Shown here: positions 54,360-63,417 of the stretch, piece by piece
Numbering within the stretch: position 1 is the stretch's first letter
Layout: the number at the start of each line of letters is the position of its first letter
DNA from: a virus
Length of the DNA stretch: 64,000 nucleotides
Virus record (IMG/VR): IMGVR_UViG_3300024264_000006
Span: 32,001 to 96,000 of that record
Direction: 5' to 3' (one strand)
Translations under genes and position numbers: made by a program
The notes under the pieces: generated by a model
The model's input: only the letters and a program-made list of their open reading frames with translations
Told to the model about the DNA's origin: nothing
Databases searched by the model: none

Positions 54360-54545
54360 TTAAAGTTTTTTTCTACGGACTAGTTCTTTCTTGATCTTTT
54401 GTCGTAGTTTAGGGGTGGTACTGGACTTATCCATGGCTTCAACCAACTCCGGAGTAGGAGTAGATTTCATGTACTTGTGCACTATAGAGACCTTTCCGGT
54501 CTCCCTATTGCGTATTACATGTGATTGTCCGAATTTTACTGGCAT
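54360..54545 (-). CDS. small basic hypothetical protein
   Basis: MPVKF...PKLRQKIKKELVRR. Confidence 0.55.
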   Translation of the reverse strand: MPVKFGQSHVIRNRETGKVSIVHKYMKSTPTPELVEAMDKSSTTPKLRQKIKKELVRRKKL

Positions 54546-54549
54546 CTTA

Positions 54550-54807
54550 TTATACGAATTTTGCGAGGGTTTCAACAACCTTTACTAGTTTTTGTTTCAT
54601 CTGAGTAATCTCTGCTTCTTCCCAGATCAGTTCTGTGGTGCGAATATCACCAAGTAGTTCGATGTATTCTTCTTCTGTCAGTTCACCTTCACGTCTAGCA
54701 TGGACTATATCGATGATGACCTCTCCCAGTCTACTGGCTTCCCAGTCTTCATCTTCGTTATCGATAATCTGTTGAAGAATCCTTTCTTCTTCTGTATATC
54801 TAGTCAT
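54550..54807 (-). CDS. acidic hypothetical protein
   Basis: Coupled ORF. Confidence 0.55.
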   Translation of the reverse strand: MTRYTEEERILQQIIDNEDEDWEASRLGEVIIDIVHARREGELTEEEYIELLGDIRTTELIWEEAEITQMKQKLVKVVETLAKFV

Positions 54808-55205
54808 TAGTCATATCTCCCCATAACCGTTAACGCAATTGCTTCTGATTGTTGCAACAATACACCTTGTTTTAAGGCACAGTATCTTTGCGATACAGTT
54901 TCCTTTTCATACATGGGGTCTAGGGTTAAAGACATCTTATCCAATAGGTATTCAATGTCACTAGTACCCTTAGTTTCCACATAAGTACTTAACCAACCAT
55001 GCTTCTTATAGATGTCATCTATCATGTGTGTGATTAACACCGGATCAAGTTCACAATCTAACCAGATGATTGCCCATCTTAAATCGGTTACACCAGCTGC
55101 CTCATTGTCATCCCATTTGGATGGCAACAAACTACAACCAGTAATCATTATTCCCAACAGGGAAGCTGTAATTATACTATAAAATTTTCTCACTGTCAAC
55201 CTCAA
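54807..55205 (-). CDS. putative lipoprotein
   Basis: LLGIMITGC lipobox. Confidence 0.6.
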   Translation of the reverse strand: MRLTVRKFYSIITASLLGIMITGCSLLPSKWDDNEAAGVTDLRWAIIWLDCELDPVLITHMIDDIYKKHGWLSTYVETKGTSDIEYLLDKMSLTLDPMYEKETVSQRYCALKQGVLLQQSEAIALTVMGRYD

Positions 55206-55681
55206 TCTGATAATGGATTATCTAAAGCTTTCTGCAATTTCTCGTCTAGTTTTTCTTCTAGTTCTTCTATCTCTTTTCGCAGTTTAGCATATGCTTGATC
55301 ATAATCATCGGATAACTTATCTCGACGATTCTCAAATCTTTCTTCTGCATTATCTATACTATTCCTAACGTCCACTTCTACGGCCCGTATTTTATCGTCT
55401 ATACGATCCACGTTCTTTTCAAGAGAAAGTAAATCATCACGAAGACCCGACTTGATATCACGAGTATAGTCAATAGCTTCATCTAGTTTAGTTTCGATAA
55501 TTGCATTACGGGACTCAATCTGATCCACATCAATGTTTTGAACAACCTCTCTCATGTCCATGTAGTCCTTATAGAACTCAAAACCAGCCCAAGATGCTCC
55601 GCCCAATGTAGACAGTGCGGTAAGTAAGATTGCCATCTTACCCCCAGTAAATTTCATTCCCGCAAATTCTACCTCTGCCAT
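55202..55681 (-). CDS. membrane-anchored coiled-coil protein
   Basis: N-terminal TM helix, then heptad-rich helix. Confidence 0.65.
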   Translation of the reverse strand: MAEVEFAGMKFTGGKMAILLTALSTLGGASWAGFEFYKDYMDMREVVQNIDVDQIESRNAIIETKLDEAIDYTRDIKSGLRDDLLSLEKNVDRIDDKIRAVEVDVRNSIDNAEERFENRRDKLSDDYDQAYAKLRKEIEELEEKLDEKLQKALDNPLSD

Positions 55682-55683
55682 TC

Positions 55684-56139
55684 TTACTCCTCAAATTTTA
55701 GTTTACGTAGGTTGACGATCTCTTGTTGCAACCTCATAACTTCTAATCTTTTTTTCTCTAATTCTAATTTGTATAGTGCGTTGCAGTTTAACCTTTCTTT
55801 AGGTGCACCGATTGGCACTGTGATCCTTGCGTATACACCAACGTTACGCATAAAGTCATCATTGTAAGGTAATAGTACTCTATTTGGATCGACAAAACTG
55901 CCGTTCCCCGTCCTGTATTGATCCCACGGATCGTTTTGATCCATGATACCGACAACACCAAACTCTAAGTTCGTGGATGAACCGATAGCTGCTGAACACT
56001 CAACGTCACCCGCTCTCACTCTATCAGACTGAAAACTCTGTGGCGACTGTGGTATTGCCAAGTTCAAAGAACCAGACTGTGCGTTCACCGAGCTCGACCA
56101 GAAACTTATTACCAAAACAAATAATAATATTAATCTCAT
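55684..56139 (-). CDS. secreted protein with beta-hairpin and coiled coil
   Basis: Signal peptide (VNA/Q); LEFGVVG and VGVYARITVPIG amphipathic strands; two Cys. Confidence 0.6.
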   Translation of the reverse strand: MRLILLFVLVISFWSSSVNAQSGSLNLAIPQSPQSFQSDRVRAGDVECSAAIGSSTNLEFGVVGIMDQNDPWDQYRTGNGSFVDPNRVLLPYNDDFMRNVGVYARITVPIGAPKERLNCNALYKLELEKKRLEVMRLQQEIVNLRKLKFEE

Positions 56140-56510
56140 TTTATTTTCGAACATATCCTTGAAGCGATTAAGGCCTTTGTGCCAGAATCTTTCACTAATT
56201 TAGATTTTGAACAGATATATGTTACTTTTTCACTGTCCGACTTTCGGACGTAAATGTTAACTGACGCCCTACTCAAATACTTTACTCTTATAATTCTCTG
56301 TGCAACCGCAAAGGGGACTGGATTCCAATCACTGTCCCATACGTTTATCTGGTAGTATTCAACATCTGGTCTACCATTCCACAGTTCCATCTCAGTAACC
56401 AAAACCGATTCGACATATGATTGAGTTAGTTCTGGATAAGTGGGTGTCCACTCGTGGGCCTTCAGACCCACTGAGCAGAACACCAAACTTAGTATCATAA
56501 CAAAGCGCAT
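56136..56510 (-). CDS. secreted Ig-fold protein, fimbrial chaperone-like
   Basis: Signal peptide (LKA/H); TPTYP, L.N...YYQINVWD..W..VPF; C-terminal Cys pair. Confidence 0.45.
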   Translation of the reverse strand: MRFVMILSLVFCSVGLKAHEWTPTYPELTQSYVESVLVTEMELWNGRPDVEYYQINVWDSDWNPVPFAVAQRIIRVKYLSRASVNIYVRKSDSEKVTYICSKSKLVKDSGTKALIASRICSKIK

Positions 56511-56514
56511 ACTA

Positions 56515-57012
56515 TTATATAGCGATACACTCAGCTGTTACCACTGAACGATATTGTCCAGCAGGAAAAGCCTTGTCGTAACCATAATTAGCAGTCGATG
56601 CGACCTTAAACCATGTGCTTCCAGCAATAGTCAAGTCGATCTCTGTTATGTTATTGTACTCAATTTTGTTGTTGTCATAAGCAGACATAGCAGCATCAGA
56701 TACTTCTGATACAGTTACATCACCAACCCAAACCACCACATCATTAAGAGTAGGACTCTCTGTGAATTCATTCGGTCTTGAGATGACAGCCTTGTAGTAA
56801 TCCGCTTGGATTACGTCATACCTAACGACAGGCGGTACACCACCGTTCGACAGATTAGTTGTCAACGTATTTGGCGTTGGGTTACCATAGACACCTTGAG
56901 TGTCTGTTGTTACTACACACTTAGAATCTACAGAGCCCATAATTGGGACTTCGGCAGCTACTGCGTTAGACAACGTAAAAATGCCTAGTAAGGCAAATAT
57001 ATTTTTAAACAT
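56515..57012 (-). CDS. secreted pilin-like protein (chaperone-usher/Csu-type pattern)
   Basis: Signal peptide (AVA/A); I.GSV...CVV first strand; C-terminal PAGQY..VV. Confidence 0.5.
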   Translation of the reverse strand: MFKNIFALLGIFTLSNAVAAEVPIMGSVDSKCVVTTDTQGVYGNPTPNTLTTNLSNGGVPPVVRYDVIQADYYKAVISRPNEFTESPTLNDVVVWVGDVTVSEVSDAAMSAYDNNKIEYNNITEIDLTIAGSTWFKVASTANYGYDKAFPAGQYRSVVTAECIAI

Positions 57013-57039
57013 TATAGTGCTCCTATGTAAAATGTTTTT

Positions 57040-57906
57040 TTATTTTTTATACTGTAAATTTACTAACTCTTTATGTAATAACTGTTGAGCGAGATTTTGT
57101 CTCCGTAACAATCGATTGTCTGGAAGACTTGCATCTTTCAAAACAACAGTTTCTTCATATTTCGAGTCCGGAAGAACTTCAAAGTAACTAACCGGAATAT
57201 AATTCTGAGCCATCAATGACGTATGTTTACGTAATGATTCAGAGGCCAACAACGAGTTGTTAACCGTACCCAAAATCGCCTCCAGTCTCATATCTTCTAT
57301 CTCTTCTTCCGACATCATTTTTTGACGATCTTTATCTTCTTCATCCTCATCACGTGGTTCCCAATCCTTTTCTAGTTCTCTCTGAACCCACTGATCGTTA
57401 AGTGGATCATAAAACCCTATCTCCGGAATTACCGGAACAGGTGGGATATAGTCGGGACAAGATGGGTCTGTAGTAACACCAAAACACGTATCGTAAGAAT
57501 AATTGTACAATACGGTGGCGCCCTCTACCGAACCTTTCCCTTCTACTTCAATCGACCCATCTCCCCAAAACTCTAATGGTATTGTATTGACGGGTACGAG
57601 TTTATTGATTGAGTTGCCAGGCAACCCACTCCAGTCATCTGCGTTCCTAAAGATATAACCACCATTGATGGCATCTTCGTTTTGAACATAAACAACCATA
57701 TCATCTTCTGCATTCTTTACCGTAGTATAACGGTATACGATTCCATTGACAGTCAATCCCGCATTCTGAGGCAGGATATTAGTCATAACCCAATTGAGGC
57801 CAAATGCGGCCGCATTGGGTGAAGTTTCGTTTACTTGTTCAGAGTAAGAGTAGGACGAGCAAACTAGCAATGCCAGCGCCGCCCAATAGTGTCTTGTTTT
57901 GGTCAC
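57040..57906 (-). CDS. secreted beta-rich protein
   Basis: Signal peptide; beta domain, C..DPSCP linker, acidic tail. Confidence 0.6.
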   Translation of the reverse strand: MTKTRHYWAALALLVCSSYSYSEQVNETSPNAAAFGLNWVMTNILPQNAGLTVNGIVYRYTTVKNAEDDMVVYVQNEDAINGGYIFRNADDWSGLPGNSINKLVPVNTIPLEFWGDGSIEVEGKGSVEGATVLYNYSYDTCFGVTTDPSCPDYIPPVPVIPEIGFYDPLNDQWVQRELEKDWEPRDEDEEDKDRQKMMSEEEIEDMRLEAILGTVNNSLLASESLRKHTSLMAQNYIPVSYFEVLPDSKYEETVVLKDASLPDNRLLRRQNLAQQLLHKELVNLQYKK

Positions 57907-58444
57907 TCATCGGCTCCTTTTTCTTATCTTCATCTTCAACGGGTAAATCATCAGTATTTACTGACCATGCAGCTTTAGCTTCCTCACCTATTAGTCCATC
58001 AAACGGACAAGGTGTACCAGCATTCATCATAGCGTCAAAAACCCGTGGGTCTTGACACATAAGAGATACTGCTGCAACTTTCATACCCATATCGAATAAT
58101 GTCTTAGAATTTTTTAATCTTTCACAGTTATCGTCTGTTACTTGTGTGCCTGTTGAGATACCTAGTATCTGAGTTTGGATTGCACCCGCAACACCAAACG
58201 TACATAGGTCTGAGTTGGAGGTATTGATCGTAGGAGAGATCGCTGAGGCCGGAGGCGACTTCAACGTAGTAGTAGTATTACCATTAGTGGTAACGGTAGA
58301 CTCAGTTATGATAGGTTCGATTGCAGGCGTTACGGGTTCATCCGTACCCCCGCCACCATCTTGAGCGTTAGCGTCTTCTGCCAGTAATCCGAAAGAGAAC
58401 ACACAAAGTGCAATCAAGGACAATTTTCTTATTGCGTTATACAT
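57839..58444 (-). CDS. secreted, C-terminally anchored protein
   Basis: Signal peptide; four Cys in the mature region; C-terminal TM helix. Confidence 0.65.
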   Translation of the reverse strand: MYNAIRKLSLIALCVFSFGLLAEDANAQDGGGGTDEPVTPAIEPIITESTVTTNGNTTTTLKSPPASAISPTINTSNSDLCTFGVAGAIQTQILGISTGTQVTDDNCERLKNSKTLFDMGMKVAAVSLMCQDPRVFDAMMNAGTPCPFDGLIGEEAKAAWSVNTDDLPVEDEDKKKEPMSDQNKTLLGGAGIASLLVLLLL

Positions 58445-58477
58445 ATTATACCCATTGAAAATAATTCATATCAAGGG

Positions 58478-58485
58478 TATTTATA
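58478..58485 (-). promoter_or_regulatory. T4-type late promoter
   Basis: Exact TATAAATA flanked by the inverted repeat TCAAG...CTTGA. Confidence 0.75.
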
Positions 58486-58526
58486 CTTGAAGTTATCTCA
58501 AAGCGTCAATTAATTGACAGCTAAAA

Positions 58527-58820
58527 TCAGATTCTTTCGGGAACTGAACAGTCCAAATCATCTAGTTCTTTAGTCATACGGTGATACTCTCCACAGACAC
58601 CTTCGAACTCTTCCCACATTTCTTGGAATCTTAGATTAGTCAATTCTTTTGTTCCAAGCAAAAGGTTTCCTATCTTATCCGCATGTTCAGCTGCGATAGG
58701 AAGATTATCAAGGTATCGTAAGATGCTATCGATATCATCGACTACACTCCAAGTCCTCATAATTTTGTCTTCCAGTGCAATGATATTGCCGGTAATGGGA
58801 TCAATAAATGGTTTGTTCAT
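58527..58820 (-). CDS. hypothetical protein
   Basis: LE.KIM..W.V.DDI...LLG.KEL...RF. Confidence 0.6.
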   Translation of the reverse strand: MNKPFIDPITGNIIALEDKIMRTWSVVDDIDSILRYLDNLPIAAEHADKIGNLLLGTKELTNLRFQEMWEEFEGVCGEYHRMTKELDDLDCSVPERI

Positions 58821-58861
58821 GACAATTCCTTAGTTGGTGATGCGGTAATGTTTTACCGCTT

Positions 58862-59614
58862 TTAGTAGTATTTCTGAAAAAGGTGGTGAAGTAGTTCCGC
58901 ATAGTATCTGTGCGATTCTGTGCCGGGATGTCCATTCTCTGCAATGTCTTGAAACTTTTCTCTTGAAAGTGAGTATAGATCATCTCCGACACCCAAACCC
59001 AATCTGGAAGATTTCCTTAATCTACTGAACATATTAGATATCTTGGTAGTGTAATCTTGCCATTCGGGACGATTGGACTTGTATATCATTTTAATATTTT
59101 CAAGGTTTCTTTCATGGAAGCCACCCTGAACCAACTTAATACCTTTAGCGTCACATAGGTCTTGGAGGGCCAACATAAACGCCAATCCGTGAATAACATC
59201 GGTCTTGTATGTCTGACATAGATTATACCATTGATGCATGGCGCCCCATCGTTTAGACGCTAACCAGTGAATCCTATCAGCAGAGAACTGAGTCATACAG
59301 TCACTTCTCTGTACCTTCGATTCATATTCGGTATGATCAAGTTCGTGTGACCCTTCTGCCAATTCATTTCTTTGCCATGCTGACCAAAGGACAACAACGT
59401 GAGTAATATCATCATTAGCAGCAAGAGCCTCAATTGTGTCACGGAATATCTTCTCGTTTCCGTTACCACAGGCTGCAATGTTCAGAGGTTTAACGCCCAA
59501 CTTTTTCGCAAGGTGATATGTGAAGGTTAATTTCTGGTGTGTAGGCGGATCGTTGTAACAGCCGGGAAGTTCATCTCCCCACACAAAACTACATCCACAT
59601 GTTAATAATTTCAT
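58862..59614 (-). CDS. SGNH/GDSL-like protein
   Basis: GCSF.WG, N.A..G.GN, W S...R, HPG...H. Confidence 0.65.
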   Translation of the reverse strand: MKLLTCGCSFVWGDELPGCYNDPPTHQKLTFTYHLAKKLGVKPLNIAACGNGNEKIFRDTIEALAANDDITHVVVLWSAWQRNELAEGSHELDHTEYESKVQRSDCMTQFSADRIHWLASKRWGAMHQWYNLCQTYKTDVIHGLAFMLALQDLCDAKGIKLVQGGFHERNLENIKMIYKSNRPEWQDYTTKISNMFSRLRKSSRLGLGVGDDLYSLSREKFQDIAENGHPGTESHRYYAELLHHLFQKYY

Positions 59615-60444
59615 GGTGCTCCTGGCGTCATGTTGTTAAATGTCTCATAAAGCATCTGTGCATAATACGTATGTGTATTTCCACAAGGATGCCCCAGAGG
59701 ATATAAGAAGCAATCCGGTTTTGATTCAGCAATACTTGACATGTCTCTGCCGTCACCAAAACCAAGTTTACATTCTGGTCTAAGATACTTTATATAGTGC
59801 TTTATTTCTTTTACTGCAAAGGGTAGAACATCTTCTTCTTTGAGAACACATTTGACATTATTCCACAGATCATAATGTATGACTCCTTGAATCAACTTAA
59901 TACCTTTAGCATCACACATGTCTTGCATTATGGTCATGTAGTTTAGATGATGGAGAACTGGAGTTGCCATGGTGTAGGCATGTTTGAACCAATTTATACA
60001 GGCCTGTTCATGTTCTTTTTTCTTTTCGTCTGCCCAGTGATCGTTCCAACCTCTTAATCCAAAACGTAAACTTCCCTGATAATGATCTGGGATTAATTGA
60101 TTCATATTGCATTCTTGGAAAATCCAAACCTGTTCGTCAGTAGGTCTGTGATCCATACTAACAATTTCGGTTCTACCCCAACTAGACCACATGATAACCA
60201 TATAGTCAACTTGTTTAGAGGTTTTCTGTAAGAAGGTGGTGCCTCTTCTTAGAATTTTTTGATTGGACGCACCGTTAGCCCCTAAGTTTACATAGTCACG
60301 GTCTAAGTGTTCTGCTAGTTTATGAGAGAATGTGAGATGATGATGGATAGGCGGCATGGGCCTACCCTTCTCATTGAGTCTTCTAGAGCCAGGCAGTTCA
60401 TCGCCTTGGGTGAAACTATCACCATTAGTCAGTAGTATTCCCAT
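59611..60444 (-). CDS. SGNH/GDSL-like protein (paralog)
   Basis: GDSFT.G, NLG..GASN, WSS..R, GHP....H. Confidence 0.65.
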   Translation of the reverse strand: MGILLTNGDSFTQGDELPGSRRLNEKGRPMPPIHHHLTFSHKLAEHLDRDYVNLGANGASNQKILRRGTTFLQKTSKQVDYMVIMWSSWGRTEIVSMDHRPTDEQVWIFQECNMNQLIPDHYQGSLRFGLRGWNDHWADEKKKEHEQACINWFKHAYTMATPVLHHLNYMTIMQDMCDAKGIKLIQGVIHYDLWNNVKCVLKEEDVLPFAVKEIKHYIKYLRPECKLGFGDGRDMSSIAESKPDCFLYPLGHPCGNTHTYYAQMLYETFNNMTPGAP

Positions 60445-60889
60445 GTGTCCTATCGTGCTCGAATAACATCAAAAACCCGTAATGAATAATCTTCATTATA
60501 TCTTTTCGATGATCTTCTGCTGTTCCCTTTTTTCCGTAACGTCCATTGTATTTATCAACATTGCCAGAAAAGAAACCCATACCATGACCACGATCAATGA
60601 TCACTTCAGACGATTGTAGTCCGCCTTGACCATAGTGTGCACCATAGGTAGAATCGATGTAGTTCTGAAACTCTTCAATAAGTTCACCTTCACGAAATTT
60701 ATATTCAATTTCTTCCATATCATAATCCAAGTTGTAGTCACTATCAGTGACCGTAAATATTTCTTCACCGGATGCTCGTTGGGATTCCATTGTTTGTTTT
60801 CGTTTGATTTCGCCTAGGTGCATCCGATTCATTTCATTCCACTGTTGTGGTGTGATATCATCGATGCTGCCGTTATTTGTTTTCGCCAC
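60425..60889 (-). CDS. DUF3310/SaV-like protein
   Basis: YIDSTY..HY, F..GN..KY..RYGKK...D..K..HY. Confidence 0.65.
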   Translation of the reverse strand: MAKTNNGSIDDITPQQWNEMNRMHLGEIKRKQTMESQRASGEEIFTVTDSDYNLDYDMEEIEYKFREGELIEEFQNYIDSTYGAHYGQGGLQSSEVIIDRGHGMGFFSGNVDKYNGRYGKKGTAEDHRKDIMKIIHYGFLMLFEHDRTHGNTTD

Positions 60890-62342
60890 TGTTCAAGTAC
60901 CTCACTCTGTTGACTTCATATTCATCAAATCCATATTCAAACTGGTTCTTTAAAGCATGCCAGTCCCTATACCTGCTATTTTCCAAACAGAAGGCCATCT
61001 TATCAGAAACACCTATGTCTGTCAAGCCTAAGGTGTCTAGAAGTTTACTTTGTTGTGGTGTGGGTTCTTCAAACACTGCAAGATAGTTTAGAGCGTTCTT
61101 ACGCAACAACCAGAAATTATTGTGGCCCAATATTTGTTCTACACGTTCTTGGAATGGATGTACCTCAACAAAACCCTTGAAGACGTACTCCGCATTATCC
61201 AACTTCTCCAACTTAAACGATAGGGGATAATACTTGGTATCATTATGAGAACGAACAAAGCACACATTCTTCTGTGGACTGTGTACTACCTCATAGTAGT
61301 TGTCCGCTATGAACCCTACACTGTCTTCAACATATGATCCTCTTATTGGTTTTACAAAAAGAGTCATACATTTGGATCGGGTCTCACCATACATAATTGC
61401 ACAATTCAATTGTCTCTCATCACACAGGTCATGAAGTTCTGGTGTGATCACTCCCATAGGGGAAACGAACTCAATTCTCTTTGCTTGTTCAGGCGTAATA
61501 TTTCTAGTACAAACTTCCAAGGTTTCTAAATTCTTAAAGAAGATAACCTTTCTATCATCCATCTCAAAGACGTTCTGTAAGGCCTTACCTAGACCACCCA
61601 TTTGCCACATCTCTATCCTATCCCACCAGTTCACAAAGTAGTGTTTTGTTGAACCCATGAAAGAGGCACACGTATATGTGATGAAAGACATGCCATGCAA
61701 CACATTAAAAGAATGGATACCAATAGTGTCCTTCATGTTAAACAATTTATAGTGACGATGAGCTAGACCCCAACACTCCTTGTGAGTATAATATTGGTAC
61801 TCAAATCCGTCTTCGAACTGACCATCCGAATAGGTGACCCAAAAAGGATCGTCAGGTAAAACATCTGGATGATGAAACTCAATCGGTTTATTATAGTTTT
61901 CAATGTCTACAGTATCGACGTTTATCATTTCAACCTCGACAGTATCCTCGTAGTACTCTTCCTGAACTCCATCCAACATCTTAAGTGTCAAGGAATCCCA
62001 AAATCCAAATGATGCGGGCAAGTCTGTCGCAACCATAGGAACCTTTGCTTTCGGGTTCCAAGCCAAATTAGCAGAAAACACTTGTGCACCTAGTTCTGCA
62101 CACGCCATAACAAGAGCGGTAGTCTTCACATTATTCTTCGAAACACCAAGACCGACCAATTGACCCTTGCGTAGTCCATACTCATTTGACAGGTATGCTT
62201 TCCATTTGTCAATAGTATTCCAGAAACGTTCCTTGTCATAAGGTGTTGAATCACCCAACATCTGATTCATGACGTTTCTGAGTTGAAGCTGTTCTCTGTT
62301 TTGAATTATGTATCGATCAATAATCATTTTCAATTTCCTCAA
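60873..62342 (-). CDS. degenerate adenylate-forming enzyme-like protein
   Basis: KGQLV.L, ACAELG shared with 35338..36573, MYGET; P-loop eroded. Confidence 0.5.
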   Translation of the reverse strand: MRKLKMIIDRYIIQNREQLQLRNVMNQMLGDSTPYDKERFWNTIDKWKAYLSNEYGLRKGQLVGLGVSKNNVKTTALVMACAELGAQVFSANLAWNPKAKVPMVATDLPASFGFWDSLTLKMLDGVQEEYYEDTVEVEMINVDTVDIENYNKPIEFHHPDVLPDDPFWVTYSDGQFEDGFEYQYYTHKECWGLAHRHYKLFNMKDTIGIHSFNVLHGMSFITYTCASFMGSTKHYFVNWWDRIEMWQMGGLGKALQNVFEMDDRKVIFFKNLETLEVCTRNITPEQAKRIEFVSPMGVITPELHDLCDERQLNCAIMYGETRSKCMTLFVKPIRGSYVEDSVGFIADNYYEVVHSPQKNVCFVRSHNDTKYYPLSFKLEKLDNAEYVFKGFVEVHPFQERVEQILGHNNFWLLRKNALNYLAVFEEPTPQQSKLLDTLGLTDIGVSDKMAFCLENSRYRDWHALKNQFEYGFDEYEVNRVRYLNSGENK

Positions 62343-62988
62343 TTAACATATCACGTAACTGTATTGCATTTTCATCACGGGAATCATTTTTACCATATCC
62401 GCAGAATTTATATGCGAGAGTAATACGTTCTCCACCAGCGTAGGCGGCATGCCAAAATATATTTTCAGGTTCTTCTTTTGGCCCAAAGTAATAGTGTCTG
62501 CACTGCCAACCTTTGACATCTGGAATAGTGACTACTTCGTCTTTCTCATTATCATAATAAGTAAAGTAACCATCACCATCTGACCAAGTAAAGAGAACTT
62601 GATAGGCAGAGGCATCCCAGTTAGTGTGCCATCCAACAAAACCGCCTGGCGGATAATACGACAAAAGGGCACTAGTGTGTGCCCCTATCTCAGCAGCGAA
62701 TTCAAACTTGACCATGTTCATATATGAAGACCAAACATTCGGGTCTTCACGCACCATCTTTCCAATCGGTTGTGCGAAATGCCTGTCCGGTGGGCCTACC
62801 AGTCCACCCTTGAGAGATACGTCTCTAAGGTATTCTTCACTGGTGTAATACTCACCCTTCTCCATGTCCTCAGTAGAACTGTAAGCGTAGTACTTGGGGT
62901 TTCTGTAACCCTCTGTAGAGAACATCTCATCTTTGAACTTATCAAGAGTAACAAGAAACGTCTTGTTGCGAATCGTGACTTCGGACAT
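62317..62988 (-). CDS. DSBH/2OG-oxygenase-like protein
   Basis: YPPGGFVGWHTN...WHAA...R.TL. Confidence 0.6.
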   Translation of the reverse strand: MSEVTIRNKTFLVTLDKFKDEMFSTEGYRNPKYYAYSSTEDMEKGEYYTSEEYLRDVSLKGGLVGPPDRHFAQPIGKMVREDPNVWSSYMNMVKFEFAAEIGAHTSALLSYYPPGGFVGWHTNWDASAYQVLFTWSDGDGYFTYYDNEKDEVVTIPDVKGWQCRHYYFGPKEEPENIFWHAAYAGGERITLAYKFCGYGKNDSRDENAIQLRDMLIEEIENDY

Positions 62989-63257
62989 TAGATAATAAGA
63001 CCGGATACCGCTTGACGATATGAAGAAGCAAAGTCATCACTAGTTGCTACCACATACACATAATTTTTAAACTGAGCGCTGGTAGGATTTTCACGGCCGG
63101 TCATACAGACACCACGTGCAAATCCAATCTCGTTTTCGGCCGTTGCAACCAACATACGAGGATCGTTGATCAAAAGAACACCGTCTTTCTCACCATTATA
63201 TTTACCAACATATTCACCACTCTGTGCTACCACAGATACAATATCATTTTTCTTCAT
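62988..63257 (-). CDS. Sm-like small protein
   Basis: GEYVGKY...I.DPR; C-terminal Y.QAVSGLI. Confidence 0.5.
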   Translation of the reverse strand: MKKNDIVSVVAQSGEYVGKYNGEKDGVLLINDPRMLVATAENEIGFARGVCMTGRENPTSAQFKNYVYVVATSDDFASSYRQAVSGLII

Positions 63258-63417
63258 TTCTTATTCCCTTTTTAAAAGACCACTGATCAGTGATATCATT
63301 TTTCTCCCAGATAATAGTATCACCGACCTTAAGGTCAAGTGCATCCATCATCTCATCAGAGAATTCTAAACACTGATAGCCGTCACTATCTTCAATTACG
63401 TTACACGTATAAATCAT
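63244..63417 (-). CDS. AbrB/MazE-like small protein (57 aa, not in ORF track)
   Basis: LEFSDEMMDALDLKVGDTIIW. Confidence 0.6.
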   Translation of the reverse strand: MIYTCNVIEDSDGYQCLEFSDEMMDALDLKVGDTIIWEKNDITDQWSFKKGIRNEEK

